Shown here piece by piece: positions 34,397 to 48,038 of a stretch of DNA of 58,018 nucleotides (its first letter is position 1; each line of letters starts with the position of its first letter). Both the position numbers and the translations under genes were made by a program. Source of the stretch: Macrostomum lignano (lineage: Eukaryota); contig NIVC01004147.1 in NCBI GenBank assembly GCA_002269645.1, forward strand, positions 1-58,018. The letters are read 5' to 3'. The notes below the pieces were generated by a model. It saw nothing but the letters and a program-made list of their open reading frames with translations, was not told the DNA's origin and made no database searches.

Positions 34397-37300
34397 ATGG
34401 CAACGAGCTCTAACGCCAGAAAGTCTGGAAGGCCGCCGCCTGAGGAGGACGAACTGGAGAAGCGGGTGCCGTCGATGCTGTCGGACCGAAAACTTATGCG
34501 CGCTTTGGACGGAGGCACTGACGAGAGCGACGCTCAACAAGACGAAGCATCGACGTCTAATACTGACCCCGCTGTCGTTGCCGCCGCCGCTGCCGAGGCC
34601 GAAGACGAAGCCGAAGAGCTGTTTCTAGTGTCAGCCACCGAGCTGCAGGTACTGCAAGAGACATTTCGAATGTTCGACAAAGACGGCGATGGGTGCATTA
34701 CTACCGAGGAGCTGGGCACTGTACTACGCTGCGTTGGACTGTCGCTCAGCGCCTCGCAGTTGAAAGTGAGCGACTAAGATGGGTTTGAATTCTACGAGAG
34801 AAGTTGTAGAAATTTATTGAGTGATTTTGTGTTTTGTAGAGGAGGTGGCAGACTACTGTAAGAATTGTGGGCAATTTTATAGCCACGGAGAGGAGAAGAG
34901 GTTTAGGATGAAAGTGAAACCAGATTAATACAATAGTCGGTTTTGCAGGGCTAGTCGGGGAGGCGGGGTGGCTGGTTCTATTATAACTTAGAGGGGGTGG
35001 CTCTCCTCTCAAAGAAGGGAGAAAGAGTGGGCTGTTTTTATCGGTGAGGGAGGGTAGGTGATCGTTCCAGTGGGGAAAGGGGTGGCTTTATCAGTTAGGG
35101 AGGAGAGGTGGTTGTTTTTATCAATTTCGGAGGAGGGGAGGAGGGGTGGGTGGTTTTATCACTTAAGCAGGAGGGTTGGGTGTTTTATCATTTGGGCAAA
35201 AGAGGTGGGTGTTTTTATCAGTTTGTGAGGGTTGGGAGGTTGTATCATTTGGGGAGGAGGGTTGATGGCTTTATCAATTGGAAAGGAGGGTTGGTAATTT
35301 TATCAGTTGGGGAGGAGAGGTGGGTGTTTTTATCAGTTTGTGAGGGGTGGGTGGTTTTATCATTTGGAGAGGAGGGTGGTTGGTTTTACCAGTTGGCGTT
35401 GGTAGTTTTAACAGGGCGAAGTGATTCGACAAAAAGGGCTGAAAAGCACCCATGCCATCGGCTGCTTTAACTGCCGCATATTTTATAAGTGAAAGTAAAA
35501 CAAATAATTTTGTCGACAGAGCTATAGCAAGCAGCGCAACGAAATCTGAATAGATTTTTTAGCCAGTCTGTTCAGTCAAGTAGAGTTTTTTTCAATTCTG
35601 TAGCTTAAGCTATCGAACATATTATTTTCTCGATTCCTCAGCTCACTGCTTTGTCTAACGACGAAATTGCAGAGGCCAGAAATGGTAAACGCAGCAGCTG
35701 TTTCTAAGCAAATAATTATTATTCCTTTATGTAGGCAGACTGCCTTGACAGCGACTTGCCTGCAAGCCTTTTGAGTCGATTGAAATTTTTACCGGATTAC
35801 AGAGAAAATTGCAGCTGTAGAAGCAAAACAGACGCTATTTTTGTCTCTAAATATAGAGACAGAATTGCTTTCCCCAGGGGAGGGGCGCCGCCACCCTGCA
35901 TGCCTCTGAGAGGGGCGAAACCTTGTCCGAAAGGCCATTTGAGACTTTGAGACTGCACTTTGAGCCTCAGGCATGGGCCTCAAGATGGCGACTTTAGACG
36001 TCAGAGGCGCTTAATTCAGTGTCAGGGTGGCGCCAACTAGGAGACAGGGTGGGGCTAAACTAGAAGACAGGGTGGCGCTAAACTAGGAGACAGGGTGGCG
36101 CTAAACTAGGAGACAGGGTGGCGCTAAACTAGGAGACAGGGTGGCGCTAAACTAGGAGACAGGGTGGCGCTAAACTAGGAGACAGGGTGGCGCTAAACTA
36201 AGAGTCAGGGTGGCGCTAAACTAAGAGTCAGGGTGGCGCTAAACTAAGAGTCAGAGTGGCGCTAAACTAGGAGACAGGGTGGCGCTAAACTAGGAGACAG
36301 GGTAGCCCTAAGTAAGAGTCAGGGTGGCGCTAAACTAGGAGACAGGGTAGCGCTAAGTAAGAGTCAGGGTGGCGCTAAACTAAGAGTCAGAGTGGCGCTA
36401 AACTAGGAGACAGGGTGGCACTAAACTAAGAGGCAGGGTGGCGCCAATCTTGTAGTCAGGGTGGGCGCCAAACTAGAAGGCATGGTGGCGCTAAACTAAG
36501 AGTCAGGGCGGCGCCAATCTTGTAGTCAGGGTGGGCGCCAAACTAGAAGGCAGGGTGGCGCTAAACTAAGAGTCAGGGTGGCGCTAAACTAGGAGACAGG
36601 GTGGCACTAAACTAAGAGTCAGGGCGGCGCCAATCTTGTAGTCAGGGTGGGCGCCAAACTAGAAGGCAGGGTGGCGCTAAACTAAGAGTCAGGGTGGCGC
36701 TAAACAAGGAGCCAGAGGTTCATTTGCTGATGCCTCACAAATAATTCAAGCAGAGGATTTGTGGAAACCGAAAGGAAGGATTGGGAAGCCCCAAAAGCAG
36801 GGCCAGTAAGTAAATACGCTCGTAACACAGTTTTGCTGCGCTGCAAAATTGACTCAAGTGATTTAAAGCTTTCCGAGACTTCCTTGCCCGCGGCTTGTTA
36901 GAAAATTATTGTAAAACAAGAAGTACGCTCGGTACGCTGGAAATCTAAACAGAAATTTCGAGGCGTAGAAGGATTATGAAAACAGGGAGATTTTACTTGT
37001 TAAGGAAGTTTGGGTGCAGAGTTTTCTGTATCTGATTCCAAAATAGGCGGATGCTTCCTTCACTGGCTATACAGAGCAGCTAAGCGGCAGCTCAAACACG
37101 CTACACGTTACATTGAAAATCAGGAACGCTGTGCACCCTGTGTGAGCGTGCGTTTTTATCAGTATGTGAGGGTTGGGAGGTTGTATCATTTGGGGAGAAG
37201 GGTTGATCAATTGACCAGGTTAACCAGGTTTTATCAATTGGAAAGGAGGGTTGGTAATTTTATCAGTTGGGGAGGAGAGGTGGGTGTTTTTATCAGTATG

Positions 37301-38310
37301 TGAGGGGTGGGAGGTTGTATCATTTGGGGAGGAGGGTGGATGGTTTTATCAATTGGAAAGGAGGGTTGGTAATTTTATCAGTTGGGGAGGAGAGGTGGGT
37401 GTTTTTATCAGTGAGGGGTGGGTGGTTTTATCATTTGGAGAGGAGGGTGGTTGGTTTTACCAGTTGGCGTTGGTAGATTTAACAGGGCGAATTGATTCGA
37501 CAAAAGGGCTGAAAAGCACCCATGCCATCGGCTGCTTTAACTGCCGCATATTTTAAGCGAAAGTAAAACAAATAATTTTGTCGACAGAGCTATAGCAAGC
37601 AGCGCAACGAAATCTGAATAGATTTTTTAGCCAGTCTGTTCAGTCAAGTAGAGTTTTTTAAATTCTGTAGCAAAGCTATCGAACCACTCAGAGGGAAAAA
37701 TACTGAGTAGGCCTAATCGTCTAGCAACCCAACTAAACAGCCCCGAGTGCGCGGTGTACTTTAATTTTCCAAGAAGCGTCTTCAATCGCAGGAACTTCTC
37801 CGTCGAATCGACCGCGACGGCAACGGCACCATCGAGTTCGACGAGTTCATCCAGCTCATACGGTCGGGTAGGCGCGACCGAACCGGCGCCAAGAAGAAAG
37901 AGCGCCAGCCTCCGCGGCGCCCAGGTTCCAGAGAGTCGAGCTCCGGCTCCGCGTCCGGTTCGCGACGCGTTTCGCCGACACGCGGCGTCGGCGGCGACGA
38001 CTCCGAAGACGAACTGCTGGCCGCCTTCCGGGTGTTCGACAAGGATGCTAACGGCTACATCAGCGCCGCCGAGCTCAAGGAAGTCTTGTCGGCGCTCGGG
38101 CACGCGGAGGTGTCCCTGACCGACGCCCAGGAAATGCTTCGCGAGGTCGACACGAACGGCGACGGCTTGATCGACTTTCCCGAATTCGTGTCCATGCTGA
38201 CCAGCTCGCCAGTATCGCGTGTGCCTACGAGAATGTCGGAGTTCACCGATTCAACGTCGGCTGCAGGCGACTGCGACTCGACCAGGGCCTGCAAAGCTGA
38301 CGACGACTGA
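34397..38310 (+). CDS. Calmodulin/troponin C-like four-EF-hand protein (295 aa); exons 34397-34765 and 37792-38310
   Basis: EF loops [48 protein letters not shown]; phase-0 GT-AG intron. Confidence 0.93.
35215..37685. repeat. Direct duplication of a ~400-bp G-rich/AT-rich block (~35215-35610 and ~37153-37685) within the calmodulin-like intron
   Basis: Shared string from TTTTATCAG...GGGAGG through CACCCATGCCATCGGCTGC to AAGCTATCGAAC. Confidence 0.85.
36021..36710. repeat. 23-bp minisatellite CAGGGTGGCGCTAAACTAGGAGA, ~30 copies
   Basis: Period of 23 measured at 36068, 36091, 36114. Confidence 0.95.
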
Positions 38311-38940
38311 CATGATGGCGAAGGACTTGAGGATTTTTCGGGGATTGCGTGACTATCAGACTGAATTTTCGGGATCTTTGCTGCTTCGATGCACGGCAAC
38401 ACCTGTATGGGCGCAAATTAAATTAGGCCCTGACACCTAAGTTATAGCGTCCCCATGACAAACAAGTTGACGTCCCCCCCCCCTGACAAACAAGTTGACG
38501 CCCCCTGACACTTTTCCTAATAGCTTTTCTAATAGCTGCACGATGCAAGTGACACTTAAATGTTAGCAATGCGGGTGGGCCGATTTTTTTTTGTTGAAAC
38601 ATAGTAAACAAAAGTTTAGTTAATCTGGCTTTTCCTCCAGCGAATACTCACGGACTACTTAAGTACTTATCTACTAGTGGTCCTTGCGAATACTCTGGTT
38701 ACACGTTCGTACTAGACTGATAACTATAAATACGCTGGCAACCATCTCTTATCCTTGACTTTGGTGTTTGCAAAAAATATTTATTCCAATATGAATTTAT
38801 TCGTAGCGAAGTTTACAATTTAACTATTGATTTATATAATTTAAAGCTACCAATTCTTTACTAATGTTCAAATAAAGTTTTTAAACCAATCAAAGTCTCT
38901 GAAGTCGTGAAAGTAAAACAGTCGTTCCCATATCTTCACG

Positions 38941-39955
<1,015 letters not shown>

Positions 39956-40340
39956 AAGTTTTCGCTCGTATTGTAGTAGCATGTAGCGCCAGTGAATCAA
40001 CAGGACGCCTTCAAGTCCCAAGCTTGCTAATTACAAGAAAAACGTTTCTTTAATTAAGGTTTCAGAGACTCCAAGAAGGAAGACTGCAGCTAAGCAACGC
40101 TAATTAAAAATGGCGGCGGATTTTCGGAAATTTAGAATTTTCAATTTCCTACGGCACGATTTACAATCCTAGCGGTGTTGGAGTTGCTCAAAATGTTTTT
40201 TCTTGGCTTTTTCTCGCTGAAGCAGAAAACAGAATTTCGCCAGTCGCTGAGGTCGTGATCGTGCGAATTAACTCCAAGCTGAGCAGGCACATCTCGGGTC
40301 ACGTGTGTCTCAATTTCGAACGAACGAGGCGGGGGGGGGT

Positions 40341-40645
40341 GCGTTAGCGCTCAAGAGCCGAGTGCGTTCAGCACAGCTGCCTAGCGTCGGTCGGGGGTTC
40401 GATTCCCGAATCCCACTGGAACAATTTGTGTCCTTGAGCAAGACACTTTACTCTGCATTGCTTCAGTTCACCCAGCTGTAAAATGGATGCCAGCATTAGC
40501 TGGGGTAATTGAGGGTGTGTGTGGCGACCCCCCATGGGCTGAACAGCCGTACGCAGCCTTCAGATGCGCCGCGCAATAGCTGCGGCTGAGCTGTCGGTTG
40601 CACATCAGGCGGCCCAAATTGGGGCAGGTGTAATCAATAAAAAAA
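40341..40645 (+). mobile_element. tRNA-derived SINE with CORE-like central domain
   Basis: B box GGTTCGATTCC at ~40396, then TGTGTCCTTGAGCAAGACACTTTAC...TTCAGTT...CTGTAAAATGG (40427-40486), matching the CORE pattern TGTGACCTTGGGCAAGT.ACTTAAC...CTCAGTTT...CTGTAAAATGG; A-rich tail. Confidence 0.7.
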
Positions 40646-40851
40646 CGTCATTAAGAGCTTGAAACCCAGAAGCTCGACTTTATAGACTAAATATATACGG
40701 ACGTTGACTTCACCCCAGCTTCTAATAGTGAAACTCCGTGGCTTATTTATAGATTCCTCTTCAGATTTATCTGTAGTAGCACTGCACTGTGTGTATATTT
40801 ACCAGGTCAAAAACAATATGATTTTTAAAGCATTCACTTTATTAAAATCTG

Positions 40852-42806
40852 TCACTTCGACTTCTGCGTCGCCTCCTTAGCCGGCTGTCGAGTCGTGGGC
40901 CAAGGCGGCTCAATGCTCACCTTGATGCCCTGGGCCGCCTTCAGGCCTGCTAGTGGCGGCTTCAGCATGATGAGGCATTTGCGCAGTCCGACTGGCACGA
41001 ACCTGTCGAACGCTTTGATGCCCATCATCCAGGCTATGGCGAGCAGGTGCAAGCCGATCAGATTAGGGTGGCTCACCTGCCACTCGCCGTACAGCAGGCA
41101 GTCGACAAAAAATGCCACTTGATATTGTATTGGCCATTTGTGCACAAAATTAGTGCAGACGTACCAATAGCAGGCCCGAAGGTAGGCGTCTTTCTCGCCT
41201 TTAGTTGCTTTGTACGTCTCGTACCTGACGGGAAGGTGTTGGCGTGTGTATTAATTAAAGAACAAAGTGACACAGCCTCCAAGCCAGAATAATGTTCGAA
41301 CTCTACTTGTCCGAAATTGACCTGAAGTGACCTGTCCTTGAAGTGGCCGGTCCTTGTACTGACCTGTCCCTGAAGTGGCCTGTCCCTGAAGTGACCTGTC
41401 CCTGAAGTGACCTGTCCCTGAAGTGACCTGTCCCTGAAGTGACCTGTCCCTGAAGTGACCTGTCCCTGAAGTGACCTGTCCCTGAAGTGACCTGTCCCTG
41501 AAGTGACCTGTCCCTGAAGTGACCTGTCCCTGAAGTGACCTGTCCCTGAAGTGACCTGTCCCTGAAGTGACCTGTCCCTGAAGTGACCTGTCCCTGAAGT
41601 GACCTGTCCCTGAAGTGACCTGTCCCTGAAGTGACCTGTCCCTGAAGTGACCTGTCCCTGAAGTGACCTGTCCCTGAAGTGACCTGTCCCTGAAGTGACC
41701 TGTCCCTGAAGTGACCTGTCCCTGAAGTGACCTGTCCCTGAAGTGACCTGTCCCTGAAGTGACCTGTCCCTGAAGTGACCTGTCCCTGAAGTGACCTGTC
41801 CCTGAAGTGACCTGTCCCTGAAGTGACCTGTCCCTGAAGTGACCTGTCCCTGAAGTGACCTGTCCCTGAAGTGACCTGTCCCTGAAGTGACCTGTCCCTG
41901 AAGTGACCTGTCCCTGAAGTGACCTGTCCCTGAAGTGACCTGTCCCTGAAGTGACCTGTCCCTGAAGTGACCTGTCCCTGAAGTGACCTGTCCCTGAAGT
42001 GACCTGTCCCTGAAGTGACCTGTCCCTGAAGTGACCTGTCCCTGAAGTGACCTGTCCCTGAAGTGACCTGTCCCTGAAGTGACCTGTCCCTGAAGTGACC
42101 TGTCCCTGAAGTGACCTGTCCCTGAAGTGACCTGTCCCTGAAGTGACCTGTCCCTGAAGTGACCTGTCCCTGAAGTGACCTGTCCCTGAAGTGACCTGTC
42201 CCTGAAGTGACCTGTCCCTGAAGTGACCTGTCCCTGAAGTGACCTGTCCCTGAAGTGACCTGTCCCTGAAGTGACCTGTCCCTGAAGTGACCTGTCCCTG
42301 AAGTGACCTGTCCCTGAAGTGACCTGTCCCTGAAGTGACCTGTCCCTGAAGTGACCTGTCTCAAAGTGACGTGAAGTGACCAACGGGAAATCAGAAATCA
42401 GGTCAAGAAAAGAGACTTACTTCTCCAGAATCGCCTCAGCCGACTCTCCATTGGCTTTGAGCGCCTCCTCCAGGATGCGGAACATCAGAAAGCCGTCTCT
42501 GAATGCCAGCATGTAATCGCCGGGAAACATAACGAACTCCAGCGGAGGATCGCGCACAAACGGATTCGTTGTCTCGGTGAATTTCGGTCTAAATTTCTCC
42601 TTTGTCAAAGTCTCAGCGTTATAGTCGGAGTCAAGGAACACCTTGAGAGTGTCAAATAGCCTCAACTGGTCCAGCAGTTTCGAGTAGAACTGGTAGATTA
42701 AACTGTCTAACAGGCCTTGCTCAGGTCTTAGGGACAAATAAAATCCAATGAACTTTTTATCGTTGTTTTCTGTAGCGGAATCGGCCCTTTCCTTTGTTGG
42801 TGCCAT
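40852..42806 (-). CDS. Two-exon hypothetical protein (252 aa); exons 42806-42421 and 41224-40852
   Basis: Donor AA|GTAAGT and acceptor TTCCCGTCAG|G are phase-compatible (386+373 = 759 nt); protein-like composition; no family recognised. Confidence 0.7.
41320..42381. repeat. 16-bp minisatellite AAGTGACCTGTCCCTG, ~65 homogeneous copies (intronic)
   Basis: Period of 16 measured at 41407 and 41423. Confidence 0.98.
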
Positions 42807-42977
42807 TCTTTAGCACTGCACGTAGCTATCATCTGTGTAGAAATCTAATGATTTCAAGTATTTCAATGATTTCTAATGGAATTTAATAGACTCGAAAAAC
42901 TGTCTATGGCAAAAACCTACCCGAGTAGCCCCTCTGACACATTTCAGATTCATTTTAGAATTATGACAAAAATACTG

Positions 42978-45026
42978 TAGAGATCGGCAGTGCTACTAGT
43001 AGAGAGCGGCAGAGCTACTAGTAGAGAGCGGCAGAGCTACTAGTAGAGAGCGGCAGAGCTATTAGTAGAGAGCGGCAGAGCTGTTAATAGAGAGCGGCAG
43101 TACTACTAGTAGAGAGCGGCAGAGCTACTAGTAGAGAGCGGCAGAGCTACTAATAGAGAGCGACAGAGCTACTAGTAGAGAGCGGCAGTACTACTAGTAG
43201 AGAGCGGCAGAGCTACTATAGTAGAGAGCGGCAGAGCTACTATAGTAGAGAGCGTCAGAGCTACTAGTAGAGAGCGGCAGAGCTACTAATAGAGAGCGAC
43301 AGAGCTACTAGTAGAGAGCGGCAGTACTACTAGTAGAGAGCGGCAGAGCTACTAGTAGAGAGCGGCAGAGCTACTAATAGAGAGCGACAGAGCTACTAGT
43401 AGAGAGCGGCAGTACTACTAGTAGAGAGCGGCAGAGCTACTATAGTAGAGAGCGGCAGAGCTACTAGTAGAGAGCGGCAGTACTACTAGTAGAGAGCGGC
43501 AGAGCTACTAGTAGAGAGCGGCAGAGCTACTAGTAGAGAGCGGCAGAGCTACTAGTAGAGAGCGGCAGAGCTACTACTAGAGAGCGGCAGAGCTACTACT
43601 AGAGAGCGGCAGAGCTACTAGTAGAGAGCGGCAGAGCTACTACTAGAGAGCGGCAGAGCTATTAGTAGAGAGCGGCAGAGCTATTAGTAGAGAGCGGCAG
43701 AGCTATTAGTAGAGAGCGGCAGAGCTACTAGTAGAGAGCGGCAGAGCTACTAGTAGAGAGCGGCAGAGCTACTAGTAGAGAGCGGCAGAGCTACTACTAG
43801 AGAGCGGCAGAGCTATTAGTAGAGAGCGGCAGAGCTATTAGTAGAGAGCGGCAGTACTACTAGTAGAGAGCGGCAGAGCTATTAGTAGAGAGCGGCAGAG
43901 CTACTAGTAGAGAGCGGCAGAGCTACTAGTAGAGAGCGGCAGAGCTACTACTAGAGAGCGGCAGAGCTACTACTAGAGAGCGGCAGAGCTACTAGTAGAG
44001 AGCGGCAGAGCTACTACTAGAGAGCGGCAGAGCTATTAGTAGAGAGCGGCAGAGCTACTAGTAGAGAGCGGCAGAGCTACTACTAGAGAGCGGCAGAGCT
44101 ACTAGTAGAGAGCGGCAAAGCTACTAGTAGAGAGCGGCAGAGCTACTAGTAGAGAGCGGCAGGGCTACTAGTAGAGAGCGGCAGAGCTACTAGTAGAGAG
44201 CGGCAGGGCTATTAGTAGAGAGCGGCAGGGCTACTAGTAGAGATCGGCAGAGCTACTAGTAGAGAGCGGCAGAGCTACTAGTAGAGAGCGGCAGAGCTAC
44301 TAGTAGAGAGCGGCAGAGCTACTAGTAGAGAGCGGCAGAGCCACTAGTAGAGAGCGGCAGGGCTACTAGTAGAGAGCGGCAGAGCTACTAGTAGAGAGCG
44401 GCAGAGCTACTAGTAGAGAGCGGCAGAGCTACTAGTAGAGAGCGGCAGAGCTACTAGTAGAGAGCGGCAGGGCTACTAGTAGAGAGCGGCAGAGCTACTA
44501 GTAGAGAGCGGCAGAGCTATTAGTAGAGAGCGGCAGGGCTACTAGTAGAGAGCGGCAGGGCTACTAGTAGAGAGCGGCAGAGCTACTAGTAGAGAGCGGC
44601 AGAGCTATTAGTAGAGAGCGGCAGGGCTACTAGTAGAGAGCGGCAGGCCTACTAGTAGAGAGCGGCAGAGCTACTAGTAGAGAGCGGCAGAGCTACTAGT
44701 AGAGAGCGGCAGGGCTATTAGTAGAGAGCGGCAGAGCTACTAGTAGAGAGCGGCAGAGCTACTAGTAGAGAGCGGCAGAGCTACTAGTAGAGAGCGGCAG
44801 GGCTATTAGTAGAGAGCGGCAGAGCTACTAGTAGAGAGCGGCAGAGCTACTAGTAGAGAGCGGCAGAGCTACTAGTAGAGAGCGGCAGAGCTATTAGTAG
44901 AGAGCGGCAGAGCTACTAGTAGAGAGCGGCAGAGCTACTAGTAGAGAGCGGCAGAGCTACTAGTAGAGAGCGGCAGGGCTATTAGTAGAGAGCGGCAGAG
45001 CTACTAGTAGAGAGCGGCAGAGCTAC
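42978..45026. repeat. 22-bp minisatellite TAGTAGAGAGCGGCAGAGCTAC, ~90 copies
   Basis: Period of 22 measured at 43041 and 43063. Confidence 0.98.
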
Positions 45027-45954
45027 TTTAACTAATAGAGGCGTCGGTGTGCCATCGCTCAAAAAAGCACGGGGCAATTTGCTACAAAACTGTGCCAAAC
45101 ATCTGTCTCGAAGCTGACTCAAAATTTACAAAACTGCAGCTCTCCATCTAATTTGCACGTAGTAACTTTGTTACTCATAAACAATAAAGCAAAATTTTCT
45201 CAAGCATACAGGTGCAACGCAGGTCCAGTTGATCTTGTGTGCAGGTTTTCAAAAAAACCCCCAGAATCTAGATGTCGCTTACCGAACTCATTCCTACGTG
45301 CTAAAGAAGTTTATTCCAATTAGTAGTTGGTGCCAAAAAGCTCTCTGACTAATGGCACTGTTTAATTGTTCACGACTATGATAGCGTTTCTTCTACCCAG
45401 CTTTGGGTGAAGTGGAACAGCGCAGCCATTTAACAGTTTTGCAAGTTCGTACAGTCTCTCACCCTAGCTCCGGCAGCAGCTCCAGCTGGGCTAAAGCCTA
45501 GTTAAGCCTTTGACAAGCAGCGGAGCCTTTGTAAAAAGACGAACCTTAATCCTTTGACACGTTTTTAAATGACGCTTCTGCCCCACCTCCAATTCCTTTC
45601 TATGAGCAGGTGTCTCGGCTCCAAAACGTTGAAGTGGCCAACCAACCTGCGCCATTGTGCCCTCGAACACAGCTTGGTTTCTTGCAATAAAAAATGCCTA
45701 TCCGCCAGCAAGTCATTACACCGTTAAATACAAGCCTCAGTGTAGCTTTGGTTTATTGCTTGAGAATACTTACTGTGCCTTATTCTGTCCAGAATTTGAG
45801 CAGCTTTTTTCCTTGTGATTTCAACTCTTTAAATCGGTCTGTTTCATATGGACCCCCCTGCATCTTTTCAACGGTAAGCTGGCCTACTGAATTTGTCATT
45901 TATAATCTGTCATTTATAAACCTGTGAGTGTGTTGCAGAAACTACTCATTATCT

Positions 45955-46362
45955 GTGACTTGTCCCTGAAGTGACGTGCCCTTAATGTGACCTGCCCTGA
46001 AATGACCTGTCCCTGAAGTGACCTGTCCTTGAAGTGACCTGTCCTTGGAGTGACCTGTCTTTAGAGTGACTTGTTCCTGGAGTGACCTGTCCTTGAAGTG
46101 ACCTGTCCTTGGAGTGACTTGTTCCTGAAGTGACCTGTCCCTGAAGTGACCTGTCCCTGAAGTGACCTGCCCTTAATGTGACCTGCCCTGAAATGACCTG
46201 TCCCTGAAGTGACCTGTCCTTGAAGTGACCTGTCCTTGGAGTGACCTGTCTTTAGAGTGACTTGTTCCTGGAGTGACCTGTCCTTGAAGTGACCTGTCCT
46301 TGGAGTGACTTGTTCCTGAAGTGACCTGTCCCTGAAGTGACCTGTCCCTGAAGTGACCTGCC
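45955..46362. repeat. Diverged 16-bp GTGACCTGTCC array with a ~191-bp higher-order duplication
   Basis: Same monomer as 41320-42381; the variant CTTAATGTGACC recurs at 45981 and 46172. Confidence 0.85.
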
Positions 46363-46599
46363 CAGTAAAAATGAGAGCACTTCAGTTTTTAACAGTCAAG
46401 TTATTGAAAAATTAGAAAACTGTTTATTAATATTGCAGAAATCCACAGATTTATGAAACAGTGCCAACCTCGGCAACGCAGCTGCTTCAAAGTTACATCG
46501 ACGATTTTGAACGCGAAACTTCCGTTAAGCGGTAAAGATGCAAACATTAAGAGAGCGAATCCAATTTCGTCATCAATACTTTTTCAATGAACTTTGCAG

Positions 46600-47294
46600 A
46601 CTTTCAGAGCCTATCGACTGGGCGCTCCGGTTGTCTCAGAACGGAGTTTGAAGTTACGCTAAAATCCGCCGACTCAACTGCAGATCTGGGAGTACAACAG
46701 TGGGATAAAAGTGAACTCAATTTCTCATCATCAGGCCAATGCCGCTCGGATGGCGAGAGCGCTCGCACCGAGTGCGCTTCAACACTGAGCCGCTACTCAG
46801 AGCTGCTGGCAGACCATCGGCAGGGGGACTACATGAATAGTTCTGCAGAAAAATTCCAAGCATTTCCTCGCAACTATACTACTAGTATTAGCAGCAGTAG
46901 TAGTGCATTTCAAATTGCTGACCGCTGCTACAGCCCAGGTGAAATTCCGCTGGTCAGCTCCGGATCTGGTGGCGAGTTACTCGCAGCCACTGTCAGCCCG
47001 TCGGTCAGGCGACTCCAGGAGCGAATCCGCGTGGCCGCGGGCAGCTACCGGGGGCGGATTATGTCGTCGAAGGAGAAATCCGACATTCGAGACAATCTGA
47101 ACCGGTTGCAGTTTGGCTTGCTGACGTCTGCGGACGATTCCAGAAGACGACAGGCAGCTGTGGAGCAGTTCGCCAACAACTGGTGCGCTTCTTTGATGCA
47201 GCCTGACGCTGGAGTTCGTTGTCAGAGACCAGCGACCAACCGACTGTCTTCTCTGATGCGGAGTGCATCCAGATTTGTGCCAGATGATAAGTAG
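46600..47294 (+). CDS. Possible terminal exon of a Ser-rich hypothetical protein
   Basis: 235-codon GC-rich ORF with TTGCAG acceptor at 46594-46599; no recognisable domain. Confidence 0.4.
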
Positions 47295-47517
47295 CCGAAC
47301 CAGCTGGACAGACAGCTAAATTAGATCAACTTTAATAGATCATATTTTAAAATTATGTAAAAATTACATTTCTATTGAAGTTTCAATTTACGAGTTCGTA
47401 GCGTGTAGTCCCAAGTACAATCGTTGATGCGATGATGAACTACTTACAGTTGGTAACTTAACGTGTCTTTTATTCAGCTTAAGTTTCTTAGGAATGTCTG
47501 CGGCGCCGAAATGCGGC

Positions 47518-48038
47518 GGGATGCTTGCTATCGGGGGGATGCTTGCTATCTGGGGGATGCTTGCTATCTGGGGGATGCTTGCTATCGGGGGGATGCTTGC
47601 TATCTGGGGGATGCTTGCTATCTGGGGGATGCTTGCTATCTGGGGGATGCTTGCTATCTGGGAGATGCTTGCTATCTTGGGGATGCTTGCTATCTGGGGA
47701 TGCTTGCTATCTTGGGGATGCTTGCTATCTGGGGATGCTTGCTATCTTGGGGATGCTTGCTATCTGGGGGATGCTTGCTATCTGGGGATGCTTGCTATCT
47801 GGGGATGCTTGCTATCTGGGGATGCTTGTTATCTGGGGGATGCTTGCTATCTTGGGTATTGCTTGCTATCTGGGGGATGCTTGCTATCTGGGGGATGCTT
47901 GCTATCTGGGGGATGCTTGCTATCTGGGGATGCTTGCTATCTGGGGGATGCTTACTATCTGGGGATGCTTGCTATCCGGGGGATGCTTGCAATCTTGGGG
48001 ATGCTTGCTATCTGGGGGATGCTTGCTGTCTTGGGATG
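47518..48038. repeat. 17-18-bp minisatellite GGGGGATGCTTGCTATCT
   Basis: Read directly from sequence. Confidence 0.95.

Noticed and set aside
37030-37110. Mutator transposase fragment (GGCFLHW, CxxH-like)
   Set aside because: Too short to support; may be chance.
41073-42383. GTGHFRDRSLQGQVTS repeat proteins
   Set aside because: The 16-bp satellite has no stop codons; it lies in the intron of the 40852-42806 gene.
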